64,000 nucleotides of DNA from Octopus vulgaris (lineage: Eukaryota): the NCBI GenBank assembly GCA_951406725.2, contig OX597821.1, positions 92,690,001-92,754,000 on the forward strand. Reading direction: 5' to 3'. The notes beneath the pieces were generated by a model, which was not told the origin of the DNA, made no database searches, and worked only from the letters and a program-made list of their open reading frames with translations. Each line of letters begins with the position of its first letter. Position 1 is the first letter of the stretch. Positions 1 to 12,149 of this stretch are shown in pieces. The position numbers and the translations under genes are program-made.

Positions 1-144
1 GGGAGTAAACATTGTAGGACTGGCCTTGGATACCAAATACTCTGGTGCTGGCTCTGATTAAGACAAAAATATTTTTTAAAGTATTCTATAATAGCATCTG
101 CTAAAATGTGTCTCTCTCTCTCTCCCCCTCTCTCTCTTGAGTTT

Positions 145-215
145 GTGCCAAGTTGAGATACCACTGATGCTCTTTTCCTTATGAGGCAGCTATAGAAGTC
201 CATAGGAAAGTGAAA
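145..215 (+). mobile_element. RTE-like LINE RT fragment, 5' piece
   Basis: Translates TTDALFLMRQL*, matching the RT motif STTDAIFxxRQLQEK; collinear with the 1150-1445 piece after intervening insertions. Confidence 0.4.
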
Positions 216-310
216 TCTACTTTAAGCAGGATTATTCACCTGAAGACACCACAGTCTGTATTTACATTATTTACAATTGATGGATATTTGTCCTCATCTT
301 GTTTGTTGTT

Positions 311-356
311 AATGCAACGTTTCGGCTGATATACCCTCCAGCCTTCATCGGGTATC
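311..356 (-). ncRNA. Degenerate minimal type I hammerhead-like motif in a Penelope-type terminal fragment
   Basis: Minus strand: gauac-CCGAUGA-A-GGCUG(gaggguauau)CAGCC-GAAACGU-U-gcauu; 5-bp stem II, palindromic ACGU stem III, stem I with one mismatch. Confidence 0.55.
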
Positions 357-425
357 TTGGGGAAATTTTGAACCGGGGTTCTCATTCCTAAGATATTATT
401 CAATGTTGTTGTTATTATCATTATG

Positions 426-469
<44 letters not shown>

Positions 470-880
470 TTTTTTTTCTTCTTTCAAATTTGCTTCCATT
501 TCTTGCCGAGTGTCTTCCCGACTCCTAGGGCAAAGAAACTCATAGTATACATTGGTAGGCCATTAAGCCAAAACTCAATAGTTCGTTCATTCTTTTTTTT
601 TTTTTTTAAGTTAAATTAAAATACATGAGCAGCAACAGTTCTCACATCGATAATGCTCTTCTCAATACGTGTGATGTACCAGTTAAGACAATCTTCTGCA
701 CTTCTTGCAGGGATGGTAAGCCAGGGATCATTCTCATATAATTTTCGGTTCCCTTCTTGATCATTCCTAGTGCTCCTACGATCACTGGTATAGTAACCGC
801 CTTGAGATGCCACATTTTCTCAATTTCAATGAGTAGGTCTTTATATTTTCTGAGCTTGTTGAACTCTTTCGCTGAGATAT
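470..880 (-). mobile_element. 3' end of R4/Dong-type (RLE) non-LTR retrotransposon
   Basis: KEFNKLRKYKDLLIEIEKMWHLKAVTIPVIVGALG...LQEVQKIVLTGTSHVLRR is the RLE C-terminus; flanked by (TAA)n on both sides; homologous to 43380-43640. Confidence 0.8.
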
Positions 881-884
881 TATG

Positions 885-943
<59 letters not shown>

Positions 944-944
944 A

Positions 945-1012
<68 letters not shown>

Positions 1013-1031
1013 TATCATCATTATTATTATT
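878..1031. repeat. (TAA/ATT)n microsatellite
   Basis: Seen directly. Confidence 0.95.
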
Positions 1032-1032
1032 C

Positions 1033-1100
1033 AGGTCACTGCCTAGAATCAAACTCAGAATTTTGGGGTTACTAGCCCGCACTCTTAACCACTACACCTG
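1033..1100 (-). mobile_element. tRNA-derived SINE head or tRNA pseudogene (AGT anticodon-like loop) followed by (TAA)n
   Basis: GTGTAGTGGTTAAGAGTGCGGGCTAGTAACCCC...GAGTTTGATTCT has A-box and B-box-like motifs; acceptor stem poor. Confidence 0.45.
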
Positions 1101-1149
1101 TAACAACTACGTCTGTAGTCTGGAAGCCAATTAGAAAATTAGGTGGACA

Positions 1150-1445
1150 GGAAAGAATTTTGAGATGCATTCAGTACAGTAAAGGCAATGAGTTCAGTGA
1201 GGAATTTAGCATGCAAGTTGGTGTCCATCAGGACTCAGTTTTCAACTGCCCACCTTTTTTATCATAGTCCTTCAGGCCATCACAAAGGAATTAAATCCCA
1301 TCTGTCCACAGGAATTTCTGTATGATGATGTCTTAGTTCCCATAGCTGAATATGGCCAAGAAGTAGAGAACAAAATTTGAAACCTAGAAACAAAGTATAG
1401 ATTCAAGAAGAAGAAACCTTGCAACGACAAAAGTTTTAGTTAGAA
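1150..1445 (+). mobile_element. RTE-like LINE RT fragment (degenerate)
   Basis: GNEFSEEFSMQVGVHQDSVF..FIIVLQAITKEL..CPQEFLYDDVLV, matching GVHQGSVLSPLLF...LLYADDL. Confidence 0.65.
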
Positions 1446-1603
1446 GGAACTAAAACACAACACTATCTTGTTGCACCTTGTACTAACCACTACATCCAAT
1501 CATTCCATTACTAAATCCTCCAGAGTTCTTTCCCTGCATATGATACCCCAGTGCTCATCAACCTGCACCTGTAAAAGAGGATTGCTAATAGAATCTGTCT
1601 CAC

Positions 1604-1830
1604 AGGCAGCGAGCTGGCAGAAACATTGCCGGGTGAAATGCTTATCGGTATTTCGTCTGCCATTATGTTCTGAGTTCAAATTCTGCCGAGGTTGACTTTG
1701 CCTTTCATCCTTTCGGGGTCGATAAATTAAGTACCAGTTATGCACTGGGGTCGATGTAATCGTCTTAATACCTTTGTCTGTCCTTGTTTGTCCCCTCTAT
1801 GTTTAGCCCCTTGTGGGCAATAAAGAAATA
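1604..1830 (+). mobile_element. tRNA-derived SINE family B (Meta-domain-like body), with TSD
   Basis: GAGCTGGCAGAAAC...GAGTTCAAATTC...GCCTTTCATCCTTTCGGGGTCGATAAA; 14-bp TSD agaatctgtctcac at 1590-1603 and 1831-1844. Confidence 0.9.
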
Positions 1831-2309
1831 AGAATCTGTCTCACTAACCTTAGAGGGATTTTGAGATTTTGAAGGCAATAGGCATAGTCCTTTTCTACTA
1901 AATAAACTAACTGGAAAACATTAATTAAGATGTGAGTTTTGGTAGCTTACATTACTGAATTCATTTATTATTAAAGAAGTAATTTGAAGTGGGTGAACTC
2001 TACTGGGAATATCAATTTCAACTACCTACATTACATACAGACTAACATTTGAATTTATTTTACTTTTAAGTTTTATTTCTTTTAATTATTTCATAGTCAT
2101 ATAGTCATATAGATGTGAAACTTGGATCACAAAGTTTTATTGCTACAAAAGGCAAGAGAACAATTTTAAAGTATAAATTTTTCATATCTATAATAAATCT
2201 AATGAAAACAAATGAAAAACCCCACAAACGTAACACATTATAGCCATTCAATTTAAATACTAGAACAATTCCTCAATAAGTAGAAGTTGTTTGTTCTGCT
2301 ACTGTTTAC

Positions 2310-2468
2310 CTTTACAGAACACTGCCACCATTCACCATACCATAAATCGGAGATGCCTTTGAGCAGTAATTTTCACTCACAAAACTTCTGAACAATTTAG
2401 CCACAATATTTATTGTTTATGATGCTACAGGGTAATGAAAGCAAATATTGCACAAAGAATATAGTTTC
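2310..2468 (-). other. Candidate host-gene exon (5' UTR plus possible start MVAVFCK)
   Basis: Non-repetitive 159 nt bounded by ccgatag| and AAAG|gtaaac; all frames have upstream stops; no homology recognised. Confidence 0.2.
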
Positions 2469-3122
2469 CTATCGGGTGTAAATATATATATTTAGATTTT
2501 TCGGAGAGCGTGTTTCTAATACATAATTGGTAATACGAAAGCCTTTATACTTTTAATGATAGGAAAATATTATACAAATACACGTGCCTGTGCACCCCAC
2601 CCCTCACAAACACAAAATGGTATCCAAATTTGCTTATAACACACATACAAACACACACACACACACACACACACATACACATGTCTTTTCACATAAATAT
2701 ATTCATATAAGTATTCACATTCATTTTTATGTAAATATGTGTGCATGTATATAAATATATATATAAGTATATATATATATGTGTGTGTGTGTGTGTTTGT
2801 GTGTACACATGTACACACACAAACATATGTTCCCAACATCAAGTTGCTAAACTCTGTTTGCATCAATTACACAAAATATCTTTTTATAGTGTTTCACTTG
2901 GAAACTGTTCTGAAAAGGAGGAAGGAAGTTCAATCCATTTTAACCATTATTAAAGTTTCTTTGAAGTAATGTGGCTGTATTTTTTTCTGATCTTAAATAT
3001 AAAATCAACAGATATGAAAGCTAAATTAAATGTTTGTATATGTTTATGTGTACACTATATGTATATATATATGATTGTGTGTATAATTATGCATAATTAT
3101 ATATAAATCTATCTATCTATAT

Positions 3123-3168
<46 letters not shown>

Positions 3169-3269
3169 CATATATAGATATATAGATACATATATGTATA
3201 TATGTATATGCATATATATATATATATACATATATATACATATAAATATATATATATATTTATATATAT

Positions 3270-3304
<35 letters not shown>

Positions 3305-3923
3305 GACACACACACATATATTTATGAATGTATGTACATATATATATATGTGTGTGTGTGTGTGTGTATAAGTACTTGTAAGAATGTATGTATATACTTA
3401 TTAAGATTTTAGCAGGTATGTATGAACAAGGATATGTGGTAAAATGCACACGCATGTCCATATACAAAAATATACACAGCTGACCGTACACATACAAAGC
3501 ATGATCTAAAACTGCATAACTATTTCATATATTCATAATATATATACACGTATATGCTTCCATTAGAGTTTAGTTCTAAATGAAAGTGAATTTTCTGAAG
3601 ATGCCACCTGTATATGTAGAACAAACTTCCGGTTTCTTGCCTCTAAATACGAATCAAAACATTTTGTGGGTTATGGTAACCAAAATATATAAACAGTTAC
3701 AAAAATAAAGAAAAAGAAATTAAATTAATATCCTCATTGTCATTATCAACAGCTTCCCCATTTCTATAAAGGCCATTATCATTTTCATCCTGAATAATAA
3801 CGAAAAGCCTGAAACCAATAGTAACAAAGCACAGTTCACACTGCACAAATTTCTTCACAACTCACACAATATGTATATATTTTCTACATCATCACCACCC
3901 AATGAAATACTGTGACATATACG

Positions 3924-3957
<34 letters not shown>

Positions 3958-4199
3958 GCCTGACATATATAGTCTATATAATCACCACCCAATAAAATAT
4001 TGCTCCACATACTTACATATTCAGCAGCTGATACCAGAGAACTTCCCACTCACAACTCGTATTCTTCACGATTGCCATGAAAGGATACAACACATAAACA
4101 AAACACAACCTCTACGTAATTACCACCCAATACTACTATACAGCTCCCACAACAAATAGCAAATACTCTACATAATCACCACCTGACTCTACATTGCCT

Positions 4200-4730
4200 A
4201 AACCAAATTACGCACACACAGACTCAACACAACACACACACACTCACTCACACATACACATACACACGCACACGCACACACACACACACACTCTCTCTCT
4301 ATCATATACACACACAAACTCTACACAATGCACAGACTCACACACACTCTACACAACTCACACACACAGGCTCTACACAACACATACTCTACAAAATATG
4401 AATGTTCACACACACACAGATTCTACACAACACACAGACTCATACACACACACTCACAAACTTTACACAATACACAGACTCACACACACACGCACACACA
4501 CACACACACACACTCTCTACACAACTCACACACACATGCTCTACACAACACATGCTCTACACAACACATGCTCTACACAACACATACTCTACAAAATACG
4601 CATGCTCACAAACACAGACTTTACACAACATTCGGACTCTCTCACAAACACACATACACACACACACAAACTCTACACAGTACACACACACACACACACA
4701 GGCTCCACACTGCACATACTCTACACGAAT
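4200..4730. repeat. (CA)-rich higher-order minisatellite
   Basis: Recurring blocks cactctacacaactcacacacac, ctctacacaacacat, ctctacaaaata. Confidence 0.85.
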
Positions 4731-4864
4731 AGTTACCACCAAGTACTATGAGATTCCTCACATGGTACATAGCTTATACACTCTCCACCTAACCCTGCAA
4801 CACATAGAACACACAGGAACACATACTCTACACAATTGCTGCCTAATATTATAGTGCAAACTAA

Positions 4865-5660
4865 GGCAGTGAGCTGGCAGAAACGTTAGCCCGTCGGGTG
4901 AAATGCTTAGCGGTATTTCGTCTGCTGCTCCGTTCTGAGTTCTAATTCCGCCGAGGTCGACTTGGCCTTTCATCCTTTTGGGGTCATTTAAATAAGTACC
5001 AGTTACGCACTGGGGTCGATATAATCGACTTAATCTGTTTGTCAGTCCTTGTTTGTTCTCTCTGTGTTTAGCCCCTTGTGGGTAGTAAAGAAATAGGTAT
5101 TTTGTCTGTCTTTACGTTCTGAGTTCAAATTCCGCCAAGGTCGACTTTGCCTTTCATCCTTTCGGGGTCAATAAATTAAGTACCAGTTATGCACTGGGAT
5201 CGTTGTAATCGACTTAATCCATTTGTCTGTCCTTGTTTTCCTCCTCTATGTTTAGCCCCTTGTGAGCAACAAAGAAACAAGAAACATTAGCACACTGGGC
5301 GAAATGCTTACCAGTACTTTATGTCTTTACGTTCTGAGTTCAAATCCCACTGTGGTCTACTTTGCCTTTCATCCTTTCAGGGTTGATTAATTAAGTACCA
5401 GTTACACACTGGGGTCGATGTAATCGACTTAATCCCTTTGTTTGGCCTTGTTTGTCTCCTCTATGTTTAGCCTTTTGGGAGCAATAAAAAAATAAAAAAT
5501 GTTAGCACGCTGGGCAAAATGCTTAACGTCTTTACATTCTGAGTTCAAATTCCACCGAGGTCGATAAATTAAGTACCAGTTGCATATTGGGGTCGATCTA
5601 ATCGACTGGTCCCATCCCCCAAAATTTCAGGCCTTGTACCTAGAGTAGAAACAGAATCAT
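4865..5660 (+). mobile_element. SINE family B with about 4 tandem internal units
   Basis: Head at 4865; the unit gttctgagttcaaattcc...aagaaata repeats at about 4930, 5115, 5330 and 5535; last unit ends with the alternative tail ccccaaaatttcaggccttgt. Confidence 0.9.
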
Positions 5661-6429
5661 TATCATGCCAGGCAAAATGTCTAGTGGCATTTCATACATC
5701 TTTACATTCTGAGTTCCAATTTTGTCAAAATCATCTTTGTCTTTCATTCTTTTTGGATCAATAAAAAAAAAGTACCAGTTGAGAACGGAACTTGATGTAA
5801 TCAACTTTCCCATAACCATGAAACTGCTGGCCTTGTGCCAAAATTTGAAATTGATATTGCAGCTCAACCCACACAGTACACATTTTATACAATCACCATC
5901 TGAATCTACTACACATAGACACAACTCACAAAATGCATACACATAATTGCCACTTGATACGACAACACAACCCATGTAATACCACATACTTCAGACTTTC
6001 ACCCCCTTGACCCTACAGCCTATATACACAGAATACACCCTATGCAACTACTACACAAAAAAAATCACACGTTACTCATTGAAATAAATTACACAAGAAA
6101 ACAGATAAAACTCTAATGTAACACCAGGAAAAAATGACAGAGCAAAATTCATGCATTGTGTAAATGCATTTCGTTTTCCCACAAGGATAATGCTGCATAT
6201 GTTTCACAAATATCAAGGTACACCTGGTGATGCAGTAGAAAATCATATGAAAAAATTATTGGAAAATGATGGAGTGGCTGTGTGGTATGTAGCTTGGTTA
6301 CCAACTACATGGTTCCAGGTTCGGTCCCACTGTGTAGCACCTTGGGCAAGTGTCTTCTACTAGAGCCTCAGGCCGACCAAAGCCTTGTGAGAGTATTTAG
6401 CAGACAGAAACTGAAAGAAGCCCGTCATA

Positions 6430-6460
<31 letters not shown>

Positions 6461-6661
6461 GAATAGATGAGTGTATTTTTGTCTTGTTAACAATTAACAC
6501 AGAAAATATTTAAAAAATAGTTACCAGGGTAGCAAAAAATCACACAAGAGGTTGTAACTCCTCGTTTATAAAGGTAGAAACTTCATGTTTACATGGAATA
6601 TTTTGTATAATATATAAATAAATAAATGGAGTTTAATGCAGGTATAAATCAAATACTTTTA

Positions 6662-6743
6662 CTTTCAACATATGTTTCGAAAATTCCACTGATATTATTC
6701 AAAAGAATAAATGGTATAAAACAATGCAATCTTCTCTTCAGGA
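6662..6743 (-). ncRNA. Type I hammerhead-like motif with canonical core
   Basis: uc-CUGAAGA-GAAGAUU(about 46-nt loop)AAUUUUC-GAAACAUAUGU-U-gaaag; 7-bp stem II, palindromic ACAUAUGU stem III; stem I truncated by (TA)n. Confidence 0.6.
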
Positions 6744-6756
6744 TATATATATATAT

Positions 6757-6912
6757 ACCAGAGTAAGCACATAAATGTGAAACAAGGTTGAAAAAAGAGT
6801 ACTCAAATACCAGTGGTAGAGTTTCACGTTCCCGTTCAACGGACCCGACGAACGGGTATGTGAAACTTACAGTAACAGGTTTTGTTGAATTTTCTGCTGC
6901 TTTAAATAAAGT
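6757..6912 (+). mobile_element. Penelope-type terminal module with short inverted duplication of a hammerhead segment
   Basis: Homologous to 13336-13576 and 24067-24238; gagtttcacgttcccgttc / gaacgggtatgtgaaact inverted pair; flanked by (TA)n. Confidence 0.6.
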
Positions 6913-7189
6913 ATATATATATATATATACATATATATACACACACGTGTGTATATGTTTGTTCCCCCCAACATCACTTGACAATCGATGCTGGTGTGTT
7001 TATGTCCCCGTAACTTAGTGGTTCGGCAAAAGAGACCAATAGAATAAGTACTAAGCTTACAAAGAATAAGTCCTGGGGTCGATTTGCTCAACTAAAGGCG
7101 GTGCTCCAGCATGGCCACAGTCAAATGACTGAAACAAGTAAAAGAGTAAGAGAGAGAGAGAAAGAGAGAGAGAGAAAGAGAGAGAGAGA

Positions 7190-7320
7190 GTCATCATCAT
7201 CCTTTCACGTCCATTTTTCCATGCTAGCATGAGTAGGAGGGTTTGACAAGAGTTGGTGAACCAGAGGGCTGTGCAAGGCTCTATTGTCTACTTTGGTAAG
7301 GTTTCTACAGTTGGATGCTA
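7190..7320 (-). mobile_element. Repeat family D 3' part ((GAT)n tail)
   Basis: Reverse complement of catgctagcatggaaa..ggacgt..gatgatga, as at 12360-12413. Confidence 0.65.
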
Positions 7321-7324
7321 AAAA

Positions 7325-7565
7325 AACGTTCCTTCTTGAGTCATACTGGCTCATAAGGGCCAGTTTCCATGGTGTATATATTGCCCACCCAGATGGGACA
7401 CCAGTCCATCATAGCTTTATTTATTTTCACTTACTGAGTGGACTGGAGCAACATGGAATGATGTGTTTTGCTCAAGAACACAACATGTTGCCTGGTCCAG
7501 GAATTGAAACCACGATCTTACAACCATGAGTCCAACACCCTAACCATTAAGTCATGTACCTCCAC
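7325..7565 (-). mobile_element. Older tRNA-derived SINE
   Basis: Minus strand: taatggttagggtgttggactc...ggtttcaattcc...gttcttgagcaa...gttgctccagtccactcag; related to 9020-9130 and 12890-13190. Confidence 0.6.
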
Positions 7566-7833
7566 AACTGAAAGCCTTTTCTAATGTCATGATGATAATA
7601 ATAATTGCTTCAAATGTTGATACAGCCAGAAGTATGGGGAAAGGAGTAAGCCAATTAAATTGAACCCAGTAGCTAACTGGTACTTTATCTTATCAACACC
7701 TGAAAAGGTGGAATGGCAGCATTTGAACTCAGAATGTAAAAGTAAGAAGAAAATTCCAAAACATTTTTCTGAAGCTCTACCAATTCTGTTAGTCCAATGT
7801 CCAACAATAATAATATTTCTATATTATTATGTG

Positions 7834-8139
7834 TGGAGGCGCAATGGCCCAGTGGTTAGGGTAGCGGACTCGCGGTTTTGATTCCCAGACCAGGCGTTGT
7901 GTGTGTTTATTGAGCGAAAACACCTAAAAGCTCCACGAGGATCCGGCAGGGGGTAGTGATCCCTGCTGTACTCTTTCACCACTCTTTCTTCTGTTGGCCT
8001 GCTCTCTCACTCTTTCTTCTGTTGGCCTGCTCGCTTAACCAGCGAGGTGGCGTCATTCGAAGGCTAAAACAATGCGGACACATTGTGACCAGCGATGTGT
8101 AGCAACATCTGATGGTCTGGTCGGTCACGTGATCACGTG
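7834..8139 (+). mobile_element. SINE family C, with TSD
   Basis: tggaggcgcaatggcccagtggttaggg tRNA-like head; 13-bp TSD atattattatgtg at 7821-7833 and 8140-8152. Confidence 0.85.
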
Positions 8140-8383
8140 ATATTATTATGTGATCATAATGTGTTTATAACAACAGAGATTATGTATTTAGTTGTTTCCT
8201 GTGCTTTTACAATGGAACAGCACTCTGTTTCTTCTGATGTTTGAGCAGTATACTTCTTTTGTTTCATTTGAAGGATAGTTGTGAAACAATTGAATAAAAT
8301 CAAAATACCATGTTATTAGGTTTACTTTGATGCTTCTTGTGTAGTTTTTGTTGTTGCTCTTATTAGTTGAGAAAACTTTACAT

Positions 8384-8662
8384 AGGCACAGTAGTGGCTG
8401 TGTGGTAAGTAGCTTGCTTAACAACCACATGGTGGTGGGTTTAGTGCCACTATGTGGCACATTGGGCAAGTGTCTTCTACTATAGCCTCAGGCTGACCAA
8501 AGTCTTGTGAGTGGATTTGGTAGATAGAAACTGAAAGAAGCCCAATATATATATATATATATATATAGGACTAAGTTACAAGGATGTAAACACACCAACA
8601 TTGGTTGCCAAGTGATGGTGGTGGGGACAAACAGACACACAAACCTATACATACATACATAC

Positions 8663-8697
<35 letters not shown>

Positions 8698-8920
8698 TGT
8701 ATGTATGTATGTATGTATAGGTTTGTGTGTCTGCTTGTCCTCACCACCATTACTTGGCAACCAATGTTGGTGTGTTTACATCCTTGTGACTTAGTCCTTT
8801 GGCAAAAGAGACCAATAGCATAAGTACTAGGCTTACAAAGAATAAGTCCTGGGGGTCGATTTGATCAACTAAAGGCAGTACTCCGGCATGGCCACAATCA
8901 CATAACTGAAACAAATAAAA
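8384..8920 (+). mobile_element. SINE family A containing an internal inverted duplication (8568-8797)
   Basis: Family A head and tail; the body segment is present in both orientations around (TACA)n/(TATG)n. Confidence 0.9.
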
Positions 8921-9199
8921 CACTCCCGCCATTAAAACACTCCCGCCATCAAATCGACATACAGGTATATGGGGCATGGTGAGCCACACAGCAGATATCA
9001 AAATGGCCACAGAGTACTGTCAAATGAAATGTTTTGCTCAAGAATAGAATGCACAACCCACTCCAGGTACTGAAACCTTGATTCCATGATCATGAGTGCA
9101 ATGCTGTAACTACTAGACCATGTGCCCTCAGTATTGGGTATATAGTTATAAATTAGTTGCCAAGTTACTGATATGCAGCCCTTTCTCCTTCAAGGTATC

Positions 9200-9590
9200 A
9201 CATCTAGATCTCCCCTCCTATAAGAGTCTCAACTGAGAAGGGCATCAAACTAGGATTTACCATCTTTACAAGCTCTTAACCACATATCTAGGAGAGGTCG
9301 TTAGAGACATTGACTGGGAAGACGACGTGAACATCAGCAGCAAGCTATTAACACAACTCTGCTTCACAGATGACACTGTACTCATCCGTGAAACCATAGA
9401 TCAGTTGCAGATCATGCTCACAGATATAGACATCCATAGCTTAGCAATAGGCCTTAAAAGGAACTGCATGGAAAAATGAAATAGATGTGGTCTGCAGAGG
9501 TAGCACAAGGCTGAACAGAAGTGGGAAGTAGTGAAATTGAAGAGGTTAAAGAACGTGTCTTCTTAAGGCAAACAGTAAACATTGCTAGAG
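9200..9590 (+). mobile_element. RTE-clade LINE RT fragment
   Basis: EKGIKLG..KLLTTYLGEVVRDIDWEDDVNISSKLLTQLCFTDDTVLI...LQIML, matching LRFADDIVL. Confidence 0.7.
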
Positions 9591-9736
9591 AAATATTACC
9601 TTAAATGGAAACTGGTCATGATTGAGAAGAAATGCATCCGGCCATAGAAAATCTGCCCCAATGTTTTCTGTCCAACCAATGCAAGCATTGGGAAATGGAT
9701 ATTAAAAGGATTAAGATGATGGTGATAATATATATA

Positions 9737-9990
9737 TAGGGGGAGAATTCACAAAAAAAACAAAAGACGAAGACAGGTGGTGTAGAAAACAAAGAGATGT
9801 ATTAGTATAACGCTAAGGAATTGAAAAAGTATTTTACATTTCAAGCCTACGCTCTTCCACAGAAAGGAACACAGAAAGAAACAAGGATTGAAAGAAAAAT
9901 GTGTGTAGTGGCTACCGATCTATCATGGCGACTGCTGGACAGAAGGGTCACACAGGAGAGCAAACAAGTAGGGGAGATCGACAAAAGGAA
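9737..9990 (-). mobile_element. Penelope-type terminal module with hammerhead-like motif at 9831-9866
   Basis: Same family as 40705-40750, 48915-49120 and 60330-60512; minus strand cuuu-CUGUGGA-A-GAGC(guag)GCUU-GAAAUGU-A-aaau. Confidence 0.6.
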
Positions 9991-10030
9991 AGAATAGAAG
10001 GTACAGGAAAGTTTAAAAAGTATTAAAATA

Positions 10031-10061
<31 letters not shown>

Positions 10062-10144
10062 TAGTTTTACGTAAAGTTCAAATGTCTCAGATGTCGTGGT
10101 GTATTGCAAGGACTTTTCATCAAGAGTAGAGTCCATAGTAATCC

Positions 10145-10190
<46 letters not shown>

Positions 10191-10765
10191 TATAAACCAG
10201 TTTAGAGAAGAGGAAGAATGAAACAAAGCGAAACGAATCGAATCGACGCGAGGGCTCTCAGTCATACAATAGTGTAATAAATAAAATATATGCATACATA
10301 CAAACATATATGTACGTACCTACATCTGCATGTATATATACATGCATATATAAATATATATACGTGTGTACAGGACACCACAAATAGACGTAGAACTCAA
10401 CGAGAAACGAAAAAGTAAAAACAGCATGGAACGGACCATTTTTTAACAACGAAAAAACAGCATGGAACGGACCATTTTTTAACAACGAAAAAACAGAGTA
10501 CAAGACAACTACACAAGGAAAAATTCCCTTCATCAGCCGTCCCTAGTTCAACTCCAGCGTGTTTCGAAGGTGAGGGCAGAACATGCCTTGTCGAACTAGT
10601 CCTTCCTGCAAAAGAATTAAATAAAATTCCTGTGCAGAGGGGTAAAAACAAGGAAAAAAAATGTGACAAAAACAGGACGTAAAAACAATACAATTAAAAA
10701 CAAATACAAAATAAAAATACAATTACAAAAAATATAGTACAAGAAGGAATAAATATATATATATA

Positions 10766-11388
10766 TCAGGCCATTAAGAATGAACTGTTCGATTTTAAAC
10801 TGAAATTTTATTTTACTTTACCTCAACAAAAAACAATGCAGTTAGTCAAAATATGCACCTAAATTATCAACACAATCTTGCCATTTTATCAGTAGCTTAT
10901 TTATGCTGACAATGAAGATCTCTGGGAAGCAAGAAGTGATGAAATCATGAAAGGCTGTTTTGGCATCTTCATCAGATTTGAAGTCACCAGCTCATCATTA
11001 TCCACCATAAACACAGGTCTATCACAGAGCTGATTTTCAAGAGTAAAGTCTCCAAATCAGAATTTTCTCAAACCATCGATGTACAGTGCACTCATTCACC
11101 ACATCACCAAACACCTCATTGATGTTTCAAGCTGTCAGGAATGCATTGGTTCCATGATGGAACTCATATTCATAAACAGGAAAAATATAATTCTATCCAT
11201 GGGTTCACAAAAATTGATTTACAAGACAAAACTCACAATATAATCAGACACTATGAATTACATTTCCAAAAGTGATGATGTTACACTTCAATGTTGCAAA
11301 ACAAAGAATTGTCATGATAAAACATTAGAGCTAACGACTGCCAAACTTGGTGCATAAGAAAATCGGTCATTTCATTCTTAATGACCTA

Positions 11389-11389
<1 letters not shown>
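10766..11389 (-). mobile_element. Internally deleted mariner DNA transposon
   Basis: About 30-bp TIRs (tcaggccattaagaatgaactgttcgatttt / aaaatcggtcatttcattcttaatgaccta); N-term YEYEFHHG..NINEVFG..TVHRWF..GDFTLE fused to C-term WQDCVDNLGAYFD*; TA-repeat flanks. Confidence 0.85.
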
Positions 11390-11475
<86 letters not shown>

Positions 11476-11477
<2 letters not shown>

Positions 11478-11887
11478 CACAGGAGTGGCTGTGTGGTAAG
11501 TAGCTTGTTTACCAACCACATGGTTCTGGGTTCAGTCCCACTGCGTGGCACCTTGGGCAAGTGTCTTCTACTATAGCCTCGGGCCGACCAAAGCCTTGTG
11601 AGTGGATTGCTGGACGGAAACTGAAAGAAGCCTGTCGTATATATGTATATATATATATATATATATGCGTGTGTGTGTTTGTGTTTCTGTGTTTGTCCCC
11701 TAGCATTGCTTGACAACCGATGCTGGTGTGTTTATGTCCCTGTCACTTAGCGGTTCGGCAAAACAGACCGATAGGATAAGTACTGGGCTTACAAAGAATA
11801 AGTCTCGGGGTCAAGTTGCTCGACTAAAGGCGGTGCTCCAGCATGGCCACAGTCAAATGACTGAAACAAGTAAAAGAGTAAAAGAGT
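11476..11887 (+). mobile_element. SINE family A, full length
   Basis: ggcacaggagtggctgtgtggtaag ... gactgaaacaagtaaaagagtaaaagag; inserted in (TA)n. Confidence 0.92.
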
Positions 11888-12149
11888 ATATATATATATA
11901 TATATATATTTCTTATAAGGAAATGAACCTTATGATTCTAATCCAGAAACGTACGTCCATAATTAATCCGAAGACTGTGTGATTTCGGTGTTTTTCTTTT
12001 TTTTCTGCCATTTGTGAGTTACAAACATTGTTGTCTGTGGAGACTTATTTTTGTAGTAAAAGGAAATAGTAGCCCTTTGGCTGCTACTTCTAATATTTTC
12101 AGTATGTGGTTTAAGCAACTTGTTGCAAAAAACCCTTATTATAATTATC

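Larger units (their letters stand above)
6270..7150 (+). mobile_element. SINE family A (CORE-like ccttgggcaagt), split by insertions into its internal (TA)n
   Basis: Head 6270-6430 (gtggctgtgtgg...gaagcccgtc) and tail 6935-7150 (...gactgaaacaagtaaaagag); about 500 bp of PLE-type modules lie between. Confidence 0.85.

Noticed and set aside
642-1082. 146-aa poly-Asn ORF
   Set aside because: Read-through of a tRNA-like head and microsatellite into a LINE 3' fragment
1033-1100. Functional tRNA-Thr gene
   Set aside because: Poor acceptor and T stems, and a (TAA)n tail rather than a poly-T terminator; more likely a SINE head or pseudogene
4865-5660. CRISPR-like array or retrozyme tandem
   Set aside because: Units are SINE bodies without unique spacers; no cas genes; no hammerhead core found in the unit on either strand
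10075-10135. UUGAUGA...GAGAC hammerhead-like string on the minus strand
   Set aside because: Too many core mismatches and no convincing stems
10417-10495. 36-bp tandem duplication (similar small ones at 7980-8030, 8918-8950 and 22570-22660)
   Set aside because: Only two copies and no spacer; ordinary slippage duplication
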